From NCBI GenBank assembly GCA_001179505.1, contig CDMY01000402.1, forward strand, positions 1 through 64,000: a stretch of DNA of 64,000 nucleotides, given 5' to 3'. This stretch comes from Vitrella brassicaformis CCMP3155. Taxonomy: Eukaryota > Protista > Chromerida. Under the pieces are notes generated by a model. The model did not search any database. It had not been told where the DNA came from and saw only the letters and a list, made by a program, of their open reading frames with translations. How positions within the stretch are numbered: position 1 is the stretch's first letter; every line of letters starts with the position of its first letter. A program made the translations under genes and the position numbers. Positions 10,645 through 22,334 of the stretch are shown one piece after another.

Positions 10645-12642
10645 GGGGATCATCAGACAGACAGGATTGGGGCGTCTAGTGCGGCTGGCTGTCTGTGCAG
10701 TGTGAGAGAGTGTGTGCGTTCCTACTTGCTCTCTGCTACCACCAGTGATTTGTCTGCCTACGACTGGGATGATGGATGGATGGGGCGGTGGATGCCTGGC
10801 TGTCTGGCTGCCTCAGGGTTGTGTTGTGTTGTGCCATGTCGTGTCGTGTGCAGCTATATCTATCGCCGTACATGTGGCTGTATCACTAGCTAATCGATCG
10901 ATATCGATTCCTGTGTACTGGCATTTTTGTCGTCCGTCCCGTCCGCCAATCCGTCTGCCCGTCTCCCTCCCTCCCTCATAGAACGAACGACTCACTCACT
11001 CACTCACTGCCTGTCTGATCGACTGACTGACTGCACAACACCTCTCTCTCTCTCTCTCTCTCTCTCGATCGGGCAGGCAGGCAGGCAGTGTGTGCATGCC
11101 ATGCTTCTTTGTCGGACTGCCCGCCTTCTCGTGACGACTGAGTGGACGACTGAATGAATCAACGAGCGGTGTTGCATCCATCCCATCCATCCATCCCTCC
11201 CTCACTCCCTCACTCACTGACTCGACAGACAGGAGGTCAGGCAGATACATGGCAGCGGGTACCTACCTGAGTGGGTGCACGTGTTCTCAGCTTCTGGCGT
11301 GTGATGCCAACAACAACTCACTCAGATGAGATGGTCCTTCCTCTATGTTGTGTTGGCGTCACGTCACTCGCTGGGGAGGTCGAAGCACATACCACTGACT
11401 GACACACAAACAACGCAGACAGACCAGACAGACAGACAGGATCGAAGGAGGCGAAGCACACATGCATTGCAACACAACACAACCTGATTGGTCGAATTAT
11501 TGTGTTGGCTGGCTGTGTGGGTGATGTACAGTCTCTCTGTGTGAAACCAGTGTGTCCCTCTGACGTGACGTCGGTTTTGGTTCGGTCTCTCGCCCTGTTG
11601 CCTGTTGCGACGCCAATGGACGCCAGTGGGGTCCTCAGCCCGGGGAGAGCCGGGGATCCGCACGGCGTTGCGAGTGACCTGCTTGCTGTTCATGTTGTGC
11701 GATGGTGTGAATTCACTCACTCACTCCCCGCCACTCGTTCGTTGACGCACTTGATGTATAGTTGGTTACATACCTGCCTCATTGGTTGACGCATGCCTCT
11801 TTCGTGAGAAGAGGCAGATGGGTTTTCCTACTCGTCCGTCTGCCCTTCGTTTTGTGTGTCGATAGATAGCCTACCTGTTCTGTCTGTTCTGTTCTGTTTT
11901 AGCTGTTCGGTGCTGTGTGTGTGTATGTCTGTATATGAGTAGACTAAGTCAGTTGGTTCGCCGGTGTGTCTTTTCCAATCGTCCCTGTGTCTTTTCCAAT
12001 CGTCCCTGTGTGAGAGAGTGCCTGTGTAAATTTCCGTGCCATCCGATCCGCGTGTGTGGTCCATGCCATGAGAGATCAGATCGTGTGTTGTGTGTGATGG
12101 CTTTCGTTGTGTCCATTCCATGCATGGCGATGGGTGCGGAACTGCTGTAGTAGATGCATGATCAAGTGCCGCTGACGCGTTGGTTGTGTCTGTCTGTGTG
12201 CGTGGCATGCCGGCCAATGACATCCATACATCTCCTGACTCATTGCCTGTCGTGTGCTGTGCGTGCACATACACCCGAGCCTGGAGGCCGTGTGTGTTTG
12301 TGGTGGTGCGGTGGGGTGCTTTGCATACACACGTGTGTTGGCTCGTGTGTGTCTCACTTCTGAACCCATCGTGATGTCTAGCGGTCTGTGTGAGACGGCA
12401 TGTGCCTCAGCGCACATCACACATCCACATGAAGGCATGATGAAGCTGCCCGCTCCTTTCAGACGAACACACTCGCCATGTCACTCTCACATTCGTACAC
12501 CTGTCGTTGGGTTCTGCCTGCCACACAGCGGCCCGTTCCCCTCCATCCATCTTTGCATGCTGTCGACGGGTTTCACTTGACACATACATGCGTGTCTCTG
12601 TCCGTTGGTGTTTGTTCATCTGTAGTCAATGAACTGATCGCT

Positions 12643-14960
12643 TCAGTGTCCGAGTGCTGACCCGACGTGAGGTCTGGCTGGCTTGGGCAGCCTGGCCCTC
12701 TTGGCTGGGAAGCGTCTTCGTCGTCTCTCTGCCGCTGACACCTCGAGGGGCACTGGGAGAGGCGCAGCCTGTGCCTGAATACACATGCGCGCACATACAA
12801 ACATCAATCGATGGGAGACACCTTTGTGTGTGTGTGTGTGTGCTCTGCTTACTTGGAGCTTCCGGCAGTACTCTTGGCAAGGAGAGCCGTGGTAGAGGTG
12901 CCTGGGCTTCTCCTTGCTCTTGCGGAGCAGCATGCCGCCAGCCGTGATGCACTTGCAGTCTACACACACGTAAAGATACATGGACCAACCCATTCGATCA
13001 CATGGCATGAGGTTCGCGTACCGCATGGCTTGGGGAGTCGGTCGACTGGCGGTAGTTCCCCGAAGTCAGCGATGCTCTTGCCCGGCACAGGGAAGTCAGG
13101 CAGACGAGGCTCGGGACCTGACCAATCAATCAATAAACAAATTGCACATACATGGATGGACGCACGAATGTGCGCTGAGTGCATGGGCCACATGTGTACT
13201 GACCGAGGACGAACGGCGAGGGGGCGGGCGTCGCCACTGCACACGCACGCACACACAGAGACAGGCAGAGGGAGACATGACATACACAGTCATCTGTTTA
13301 TGCCTCTCTGCGTTCTGTTACCGTCGAAGAGGTCGGTGGGTGTGGCAAAGTCGGGGTCCTTGGGTGGGCATTTCTTGGGGAATGGATGCGCGTCGTCATA
13401 GGTCGAGTACTGCGGCGGGATGAGGTTCGTGTTGACAAACATCGAAAAGGCGCACATCGGCGGCAAACTCACCCTCGAGCACGGACCCCTGCACTCATTA
13501 ACACACATACGCACACGACACATGCAGCCAGCGTGTCTGTGTCGCGTATGTCAGTCACCTGACCTGATGTCGTTGAACCAAAAGCCAGGGCACATGAGCA
13601 GCGTGAGGATGCATTGCGGGAAGCAGAGGGGCATGCCCATGACTTGGTGCTGCACATACATGACAGAGCGAAGCATTAATGACATTCATTGCCCTGCAGT
13701 GCAGTGCAGTCGGGGTCTTCTCCCCCTTCATCGCCTTACGATGCCCGGGGGGAAGAAGCACATGAAGAAGATCGACGCGCAGTACATGCCCAAGTACGCC
13801 ATCGCGCACCGACGGTACTTCTTGTCGTCCGTCACGCCAACCTTCGCTCGGTACTTGGCCTGACAAAGAAACCAATCAATCACACGATAGATATGATATG
13901 CACACACAGCGTGTGTCTGTGGGCGTCCATCTCTTTATGTGTGTGTCGTACCGGGAATGAGCTGATGACACCGTTCATGATCGAGTCGGTCACGTCGGCC
14001 TCGACGAAGTCCGGCGCGCTGATGGGATACAGCACCGACCCGATGCAGTTCTTGCCCGTGATCATAGGCAGACAGGGCAGCGGACGGGCGATCCAGATGG
14101 GCGACGGGATGAGCGGAGGAACAATGTCCACAATCTGCACATACAGGACAGAGACACATATAAACACCATCTGCCCATCTGTCCATGTCTCCCTTCGCCC
14201 TTTTACCGTCGCGAGCGAGCCTTGCAGCAGGCCCTTGACACTCATGATGGCCATCGTCGTGAGCATGGCGACAGGTGGGACCATCGCGGCTGCAGGTCCG
14301 GTGGCCGCAGACAGACTGGCAGTGAGAGACTGACCCAGGTCTTTGCCGAAGATCCGCCGCACCGGGCTGACAACACACAAGGCACACCCGGTGTGTCTCT
14401 GTCTTTCCATCCATCCACCTTGGCATTGCATACCCGCCCGGATATGGCGCCTCGTGTTTGGGGTGGTCGCTCTCTGGCTGAGGCGGTGTGCTGTCGTCGC
14501 AGTGCGGGCTCGTGGCGTCGTAGTGAGACTCCGACAGCTCCTGTGCGAACCGCGACAGCTCGAAGTCGTCCAATGCGAGTGACAAGAAACGCTCGTACTC
14601 AGCCATCGGAAACTGCATGGAATCACACACACACATCAGTGGTGTTGTGCGGTGTTGCGTCTCAGCATCTTTGCGTGCACACAAAGAGAGCCAAGCTCGG
14701 AAGCATACCTGTTTGAGAGCCTGTGTGTAGATGGCGTCGAAGTGTTGTCTGATGACACTTCTGTCGTGTTCATCGCGAGCAAACCCAGCCACGAGGTGGA
14801 ACAGGTCGTTGGCCGTCGGCTTGAAGATGTCACAATTGGCCGGAAGCGACGGACGCTGCACGTCAATCCGGATCGTGTCGTTGGTCGCGTGACACTCCGG
14901 GACGGCGAGCAGAATCAACAACGCAGCTTGGCACAACAAGAGCGTCATTGTGCTCGTCAT
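12643..14960 (-). CDS. Secreted cysteine-rich protein with a Frizzled/Mid1-NALF-like Cys-rich segment
   Basis: Signal peptide MTSTMTLLLCQAALLILLAVPECHA. About 10 phase-consistent exons. Segment RCAMAYLGMYCASIFFMC...PLCFPQCILTLLMCPGFW. The domain call is from the Cys pattern only. Confidence 0.65.
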
Positions 14961-15129
14961 GGTTGTTTGCTAGCTGCCCTGCAGAATGCAGCCAGAAGGG
15001 CTTACTTTCGATCGACAACAATCATGTGTCTGTATTTGTGTATGAGTCGATCATACAGAGAGTCAGCAGAGAGAACAGAGCGATTGATTCATTGACTGAG
15101 TCACTGATTCACTCCCGCAGACCCTCTCC

Positions 15130-15510
15130 ATCGGTGGGAGACTCATACAGCCGAGGGCAAGTGCTGCAGGCACGCGCCTTGTGCCTCATTCGATGACATA
15201 CGGGCTGAAAGAGTCTGCCGATCGGTCGAGGATCTTGAGCTGCTCCTTCAGGATGTTGGTCAGCTGCACTGTCGTCAGCAAAGCACTCTGGAGCTCCTCC
15301 TACAACCAACAAGACAGGTATGTCAGACGGCAGCCAACTGCCTGTCTGAGTCATACCTGTCTCTTTTTCTTGAAGTCCGGTGTCTGCAAGTCGGCCGTCG
15401 AGGCCGTCTGGACGGCAGACAGAGAGACACAAATGCATTTTCCGATCCACTCATTCATTGACTCATTCTCACTTGTCTCTGTCTTGCCCCTTTCCTGCCC
15501 CTGAACGTGG
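15130..15510 (-). pseudogene. Truncated duplicate of the last exons of the gene at 20.0-21.6 kb
   Basis: Copy of ~19982-20361, including TASTADLQTPDFKKKRQ and EELQSALLTTVQLTNILKEQ...PYVIE* with introns. It starts mid-exon, with a TAA a few codons upstream in frame. Confidence 0.8.
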
Positions 15511-15853
15511 TTTGCTTTGGCGGCTCTTACTCGCACATAGCGCACCGAGTGATGCTATTGCCCGGCTGGCAGACGATATGTGGCAGCATCAGAGCATTCA
15601 CTGAGCGGCGGCAGAGCGCAACGCATACGACAGACATACATACAGAGACGTCGACACGAATACAAGCCGACAGATAGTATACCCGCATTACCTCCTGTGC
15701 TGGTCCCTCCGCATGGCCTCATCAGCTGCGAAAGAAACAGAGATGACGAACAAACCACCGATGCCGTCAGACCATACGCCATTTCCTTCTCCGTTACCAT
15801 ACCTTCTCTGCCCATTCTATCGTCCGTGTCTGAACAAAGAAGAGACACAGACA

Positions 15854-15889
<36 letters not shown>

Positions 15890-16310
15890 CGCAAGGTTCC
15901 ATGATGCGTGTATGCGCGACACACATACGTACGTACGCACACCTGGTTCCCCAGCGTATCGATGATATCCGAGGCACCAGTGATCTGTGTATCTTTGTAC
16001 CTGGTCTGCAGCACCTCTCTGCGTGTAGGTGCTTGGCAGGAAGGCTTCGGAACCCGCGGCGCTGCGAGGCATCGCTTCAAAAGAGCCTTCCAAGCGATCC
16101 GAGTCGTTTGTCTGGGGGCCTCTGGGGGTCAAACTTCAAGCCGGTGGACTTTCGAAGTTCCCTGTCGCCGCTTCTCTGGTATAGCCTCTCGAATTCTTTC
16201 CAAGTAGCCGCTGGTTCGGTTCTCAAACTTTGTAAGCCAGTCAGTCAGGGAGAAAATGGGTCCCTCCTCGCCCTCCATGATCTTCTTTCCCGCAGGGCTC
16301 ATTTGGCTCG

Positions 16311-17896
16311 ATGGGGAACAAGTGCTGCTCACTCTGGACCGACCCCGACCCGGAACCCGACTGTCATTTCGAGCCCAGTGAGTTTTGCAATGACTGGAAA
16401 TAAGTGCTCTGATGAACGGCCCTTCGTCTGAATGCAGGCCTTCCGGTTGACGAGAGGAGGCTTGTGTTTCACAACCCCACGGTGCCTTCATTCCCGACAC
16501 ACAGTAAGCGAGCGATGACAGCGAGCCAGCCAACCGACCTTGTCCTCGCCGTCCGTGTACACTCGCCTGTTGCAGGGACCGGAGGTGGCTTTGGTCGCGA
16601 ACCGGGGATGGGTTTGCACGGTGAGCAACAACCAAAGCAAAGACTGTTTGCTGGCTCTGCTGTGCCTCCAGGACCCCCAAGGCGCCCTGAGATGTCAGCC
16701 CTCGGTGGCAGGACTGGGGTGCCAACCTTTGGCAGCGGTAAGCGTTGCTCGTGTGCAGGCGGCTTTGGATGTCATGCCGTATGTGCACCATTGCAGGCTA
16801 TGGGTTTGTGACGGATTGCAGCAATGGGTTTGTGACGCATACGGTTGGGATGCCTCCGCAGGTGGACAAACAGCAAACGACCAAGGGTAAGGGAAGACGA
16901 GAGACGGCGGGATGGGAAGTGTCATGCCTTGTGCATTGCAGGCTATGGGTTTGTGACCCATACGGTTGGGATGCCTCCGCAGGTGGACGAACAGCAAACG
17001 ACCAAGAGTAAGGCAAGCCGAGAGACGGGGGGATGGGAAGACAGACGGAAGGCCATTCTTTGTCTTGCCTCTCTATCGTGTGTACAGCAATGTTCGATGG
17101 GGCCGAGGCGGCAAAAACAGACAGCCGCTCGCCCAACGTTGGCTCAGGTGAGCGCCGCGAATGGTTGGCTGATATGCCCGGCGTCGCAGACAAGCAGCGG
17201 TACGGTCTTGTTGGCGAAGACAAGCAGCAGCCGGACAAGCAGCAGCCGTCGCAGACGAACAGTAAGGGAAGACGAAAAACTGGTCATTTGGATCCCGGTG
17301 TGTCTCTTCCTTATGTGTCCAGCAACTGAACAAGGGAGCCATTCACATGGGGGTAATGATGCTGGCTGGCTCTGATTGGATTCGATATTCGATGTCTCTT
17401 CATCGTTGCAGTGGATCTGCGGCCGCGAGTTCGCGTGCTTGGGGTCAGAGGCGTGGCAGAGTCGCTGCAGAACAACCCCATACTGAACGCATTCGCACAA
17501 GAAGGCGGTAAGCCCGCCAGCCCACACATCTCTCAACGCGTCTACCGCCGTTTTGTCCTCGATCGATCGCATCAGACATGGAGAAGTTGACACGAGAGGT
17601 TGAGAACAAAATGAAAAACATGCCACTCCCGGCCTGCCTGGATGGATATGTGCGTGAGGATGGAGACAGCGAGGAGCAAGGTGAGCACAGGTGCACCTGT
17701 GCACGCACACACGGACGGAGGAATCTGTCTGCATGTCTCACGACCACAGAGGCTGGCTCGGCGGGGGAGATAAAATACAGCGATAGGACCGGAAGGCAAC
17801 TGAAGGTGGGTCAAGCGGAAACGTGGAGAGACATCGAGAGATGTGTTAATATGCATGTGTATGCCTTGATATGTGCAGATCGCAATCAGGCCGTGA
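16311..17896 (+). CDS. Hypothetical 13-exon low-complexity protein with an N-terminal myristoylation/palmitoylation motif
   Basis: MGNKCCSLWTDPDPEPDCHFEP... Twelve GT-AG introns of ~50-80 nt join into one open frame ending ...SDRTGRQLK-IAIRP*. This gene does not appear as a single ORF in the track. Confidence 0.65.
16790..17040 (+). repeat. Tandem exon+intron duplication (two units, ~130 and ~110 bp)
   Basis: cattgcagGCTATGGGTTTGTGAC...GTGGAC(A/G)AACAGCAAACGACCAAG(G/A)gtaagg occurs twice. Confidence 0.85.
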
Positions 17897-18691
17897 AGAG
17901 GCTTACAGGGGTCACGATGTTTTGCATAGGGATCAGATACGTGTGCTCGTATGAGGTATGTACAAGAGGCCCTGCATAGGTGCTGCGTGATCATAAACAT
18001 GTCGTGTGTTGACGTAAGCATGATGTGCTGTCAAGCCGACGTACATCGCATCCAACAATGAGCACATTCGACTGACGGCCGGTCTTGCCCTTCCGGCCAG
18101 TCTCATCGCTCCATCGCACCAAACCATGTCCAACGACTGCAGACACGCATAAAAGTCAGACGGCCAGCCTTGTTCTACATGTCTCCCTCCCTCTCGCCTT
18201 GTGCCATTGGTACTTTCATTCAAGGGGGTGTTGCTCGAGCGCACCATCATCACAAGCCCCCAGCAGCAGCAGCAGGCGGCTGCCCCTGACACAGTCGTGC
18301 GGACTTCATTCACGCGTGAGCATGCGTTGAGGGCCCCGAGTGTGGGTTGGCAGCATGGCAGCAGTATGCGTGTATGCTCTCTATGAGCCGTGAGTGGCTG
18401 TGAGGGTGTGATTGACCTATGGATGGATGGGCACATGTGTTTGTACTTGAGACAGACAATCCGTGTGTGTATGCCATGCATCCATGCCACACGGCACGAG
18501 CCATTCGATTCATCCGTTGAGTGGTCACAGCTCATGAGTGCACCAACAGCACTGCCAGCCCCACCACAAAGCACACACACGCTAGAGTGTAGCGCATCAC
18601 GACATCACACCACTCCGCCGCTGTCTTGTCCGTCTGCACGGCCGCGGCCTCGTGAGCATAGTCGAGCAACTCACTCACACGCAAGCCGTGG

Positions 18692-19724
18692 TCACTCCTT
18701 TGGGCACTCGGCCGCTGCTGTTGCGGGTGTGGTGTGGGGCTGGTTGATGCTGCGATTGCTTGGGTCGAACGACTGTTCCCACGATGTTGAGGTGCCGTCC
18801 TGTGTGTCTGTGTCGTCATCAGCCATGGGAAACACCTCGGGATGCCGCACGTGAGAAGACACACTCGTACTCGCACTCGCAGCAGCAGACTGACAAAGAG
18901 ACAGAGACAGCGAGACGCATACACGAAGGTGTGTGGTTGTGACCTGACCTCCTTGAGCTTCGATAGCTGGAAGGCGAGCTCTTCTGTCGTGTCCTTCTCA
19001 CGGCTCAGCTCGCGAGACAGCGCGTCCCTCTCTGCCTGCACACATCAAGAAGGAAGTCACGACCTCTCACACACATGACGCTGCCATGTCTCTGCTGCGT
19101 GTGTCTGGTGATTCATTCTAGCTGGCTGACTGCGATCCGTGAGATTTCGCCTTGGGCTTCAGACAAGAGGGCACTGTACTCACGCTCAACGCTAAAGACA
19201 CAGACAGACAGTCATTTGGTCGGTGTGTGGCTCTGGCTGCCTGCCTGCCTGCCTGCCTGTCTATCTTTGTTTCTGTCTCGGCCTCGTATGTGTCGAGCTG
19301 TGCTCTGAGGGCCTTGTTCTCCTCCAGCAAGTACGACAGGAAGCAGCCGGTGTCCTCCGACACACGATGGTCTGTGTCGATGGGCGAGTCCTCTCCGTCT
19401 GTCGGCTGCTCTGTGTCGGTGAGGTGCGAGAGTGAGAGTGAGGGGGGCTCATCGACCATTGCTGGCTCGGCGAGGAGAGATGGTGACTTGACGGCTGCTG
19501 TGGTCTGAGGGGATGTCTCGCCACTCCGATCCCCCTGCACACACGCATAAAGTGACCTGCCGAACATGTATCGTTTGTTTGTGTTTGTCTGTGTGTGCCA
19601 ATCTCACCGGCAGAAGTGTGTTGAATGGTTTGTCCTTGCCTGTGCTTTGTTTGGCAGGTGGTGGCGGGATGGTCGACGGGAGATGCCTGGTGGTGCGAGA
19701 CTCACGCTGAGGCTGCCGCGACAT
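18692..19724 (-). CDS. Hypothetical coiled-coil protein, 5 exons, one GC-AG intron
   Basis: MSRQPQRES...NTLLP-GDRSGETS...YLLEENKALRAQLDTYEAETETKID-SVEREYSALLSEAQGEISRIA-AERDALSRELSREK...KLKE-SAAAS...CPKE*. Phases are consistent. Confidence 0.6.
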
Positions 19725-20043
19725 GATCGATGCCTATCGATATCCACCTGTCGGTTGATTCACTCTCTTTGGTTGACATCTGTTATGTATACGTATACGT
19801 GTTTGTGTGCTCATACAATTGTCGGTCATTCGACACAACAGCAGGACTGGTCATGGCCGTTCAAATGAAAAGGTGTCTGTCACTGAACACATGAGTGTGA
19901 AGGAGGAGGCCCGTCCCATGGATGCGTGAATCGATGATGGAAGGAAAGGAACAAACGGAACAACAGTCTCCCATCGTCACTATCGGTGGGAGACTCACAT
20001 GTACACAGCCGAGGGCAAGTGCCGCAGACACGTGCCTTGTGCC

Positions 20044-21609
20044 TCATTCGATGACATACGGGCTGAATGAGTCTGCCGATCGGTCGAGGATCTTGAGCTG
20101 CTCCTTCAGGATGTTGGTCAGCTGCACTGTCGTCAGCAAAGCACTCTGGAGCTCCTCCTACAACCAACAAGACAGGTGTGTCAGACGGCAGCCAACTGCC
20201 TGTCTGAGTCATACCTGTCTCTTTTTCTTGAAGTCCGGTGTCTGCAAGTCGGCCGTCGAGGCCGTCTGGACGGCAGACAGAGAGAGGCAGACACATGCAC
20301 TCATCGATCCACTCATTCATTGACTCATTCTCACGTGTCTCTGTCTTGTCCCTTTCCTGCCCCTGAACGTGAAGTAGCGACTGCGAAGCCGCGGGTACTC
20401 ATGTGTGACGAATATCTGCAGCGAGACCTCCCTCTTGAACCCGTTGCCCTCGTATATGTGGCAGGTGAGGGCACCTAGCTCATCCTTGTAAGCGCGGTAC
20501 GATTCCTTCATCCCTGATGGAAGGCGACACATGAGTTGAGGCGCCGCTCTCTCATCGTCTCTCCTCCCCTCACCCAGTGCGTTTGCCCACTCATTGGCCT
20601 CCCCCATCTTGTGCAACGCGTCATAGATCACCTCCAGTCGACCCTGATGAACAGAGAGGGAACACAGTGTGTGTGAAAGGACGGTTGCAAGCAGCAGGCT
20701 CACCCTTTCGACGAGTGCGTCCATCTCTTTGTCCACCTCCCTCTGCCTCGCCTTCCTCTCGCGTATGTACTTTTTCGATATCCTCGGCCCATGACCCTCA
20801 CCCTCCGACCGCCCCATCGCCGTGTGAGGCCGCAGCCCCAAGCCAACACGACCACCGCCACTGGAGAAGGAGTCTGACTGACCAAAAGCCTGAGAGCCCA
20901 TGCTCGAGAAGAAGGCGGAATGGCCGGCCCCCCACTGTGCGGAGTGAGCATCGTCAATCCTGGTCGGTGAGGCAGCCGAGGTGGGGGACTCCTCCTGGAT
21001 GCGCACGCTGCTGTGGCTCTTGCGCAGATGCTCATCTGGCCACTCCGATGCCTTCGCCCCACCAGCAGGACTCAGGATGCTTCGAGGTTTCTTTGACGGG
21101 TCGAAGGTGGGCGAGTGAGATGGGGGTAAGGGTATTGTGCCGGGGCTTTCTGGCTGTGACGTCGAATGGCCAGGGGAGCTGGGCAAAGCCAGCCCCATCC
21201 CGGATGTGGGGGTGAAGGCGAACGCCTCTTCCTGACCGGTGGTCGCCTTCAAGACGGTGTCCTCTGTCAGGGACGGCGGTCTTCGCCAGCTGGCGTCGGT
21301 CTGGCTTCTGATGGCAGCAGCAGCGGCATCTTGGTCGCCTCCGTCGTGGCTGCTGGACGTTGTCCCGGGGCGAGAACGATTGCGTGAAGCCGTCTGCAGC
21401 CAAGGAGACGGATCTATCCCGTGAGATGCATCCCGTGAGCCATCCGCCCGCCCCACCTGTGGTCTTGATGCCTGCTCTCTTTGGTTGCCCTGTTGGTGTT
21501 TGGCGATGGCCTCCTCCCACTTCTCGTCGAACTCGTTCTCCTCTCCGGCATCAACATGGTCGTCCTGGATCAGATCATCAACAGTGACCTCTTCCTCCTG
21601 CCGAAGCAT
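20044..21609 (-). CDS. Hypothetical protein with a Ser/Pro-rich middle and coiled-coil C-terminus
   Basis: 430-aa ORF with internal in-frame introns, plus two terminal exons joined in phase 0. No recognisable domain. Confidence 0.6.
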
Positions 21610-21907
21610 CGTGAAAGAAGCTTGGGCGTGCGAGACGCTGGAGAGCGATCCGAATACTGGCGTGCGAGACGCCCAAACTAAGCCCCCATGCGGATCGAGT
21701 GCAGTTCGGCCAGGACAAAGAGGCGGACGGGGATGGATTCAAAGAGACAGTAACAGATACCTATAGGTTCTTGGCTGCCAGCACGAGCATCTACACATGC
21801 ATTCACGCAATATCCATGTACACGCCAATCGACGGCCACCATTTGCCAACAGGGTGGCTGATGACAGGCCCTGACCGTTTCCCCTCCCTCTTTGCGAAGA
21901 CATGACA

Positions 21908-21966
21908 CCTGCTGCTGACTCAGCAAGTATCACAGCCTGCTGCTGACTCAGCAAGTATCACAGCCT
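21908..21966. repeat. 28-bp tandem duplication containing the near-palindrome TGCTGACTCAGCA
   Basis: cctgctgctgactcagcaagtatcacag x2, about 300 bp upstream of the 21609 start. Confidence 0.85.
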
Positions 21967-22334
21967 CGCATGCAGGAGTTGGAAATCAGAGACCCAGGCT
22001 CCGTCAACAGCCACCCGCGCACACAACTCATTGCTTATTCCTATACGATAGATCCATCCATCCATCCCCTTCCTTGACACAAGACAAGCCAACAGAGGGG
22101 AGGCCCGACAGGCAGCACGACAACAAAAGTGAGGCAGTGATCGATCACTTCGAGCAGCATAGGTATTGACATTAGCAGCAGAGAAAGAAGGCGAGTGAGG
22201 CGAGAACGAGACTGCCGTGATGAGCGAGTCAGAGAGGCAGCCGTCAGTTGCAAAAAGGAACGAACACGAGGAGGCAGACACAAAGGTGCAATACATAGAA
22301 GATAGAAACGGTCTGTCGCTCGTCAGTCAGTCAG

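Noticed and set aside
10700-12280. Small ORFs and repeats in the long intergenic region (including a 21-bp tandem near 11965-12008)
   Set aside because: Microsatellite-derived C/V/T/H-rich ORFs with no consistent splice chain. Treated as UTR or intergenic.
16129-16791. 220-aa minus-strand ORF that looked like a retroelement fragment
   Set aside because: No gag/pol motif. It is antisense to the well-phased spliced gene starting at 16311.
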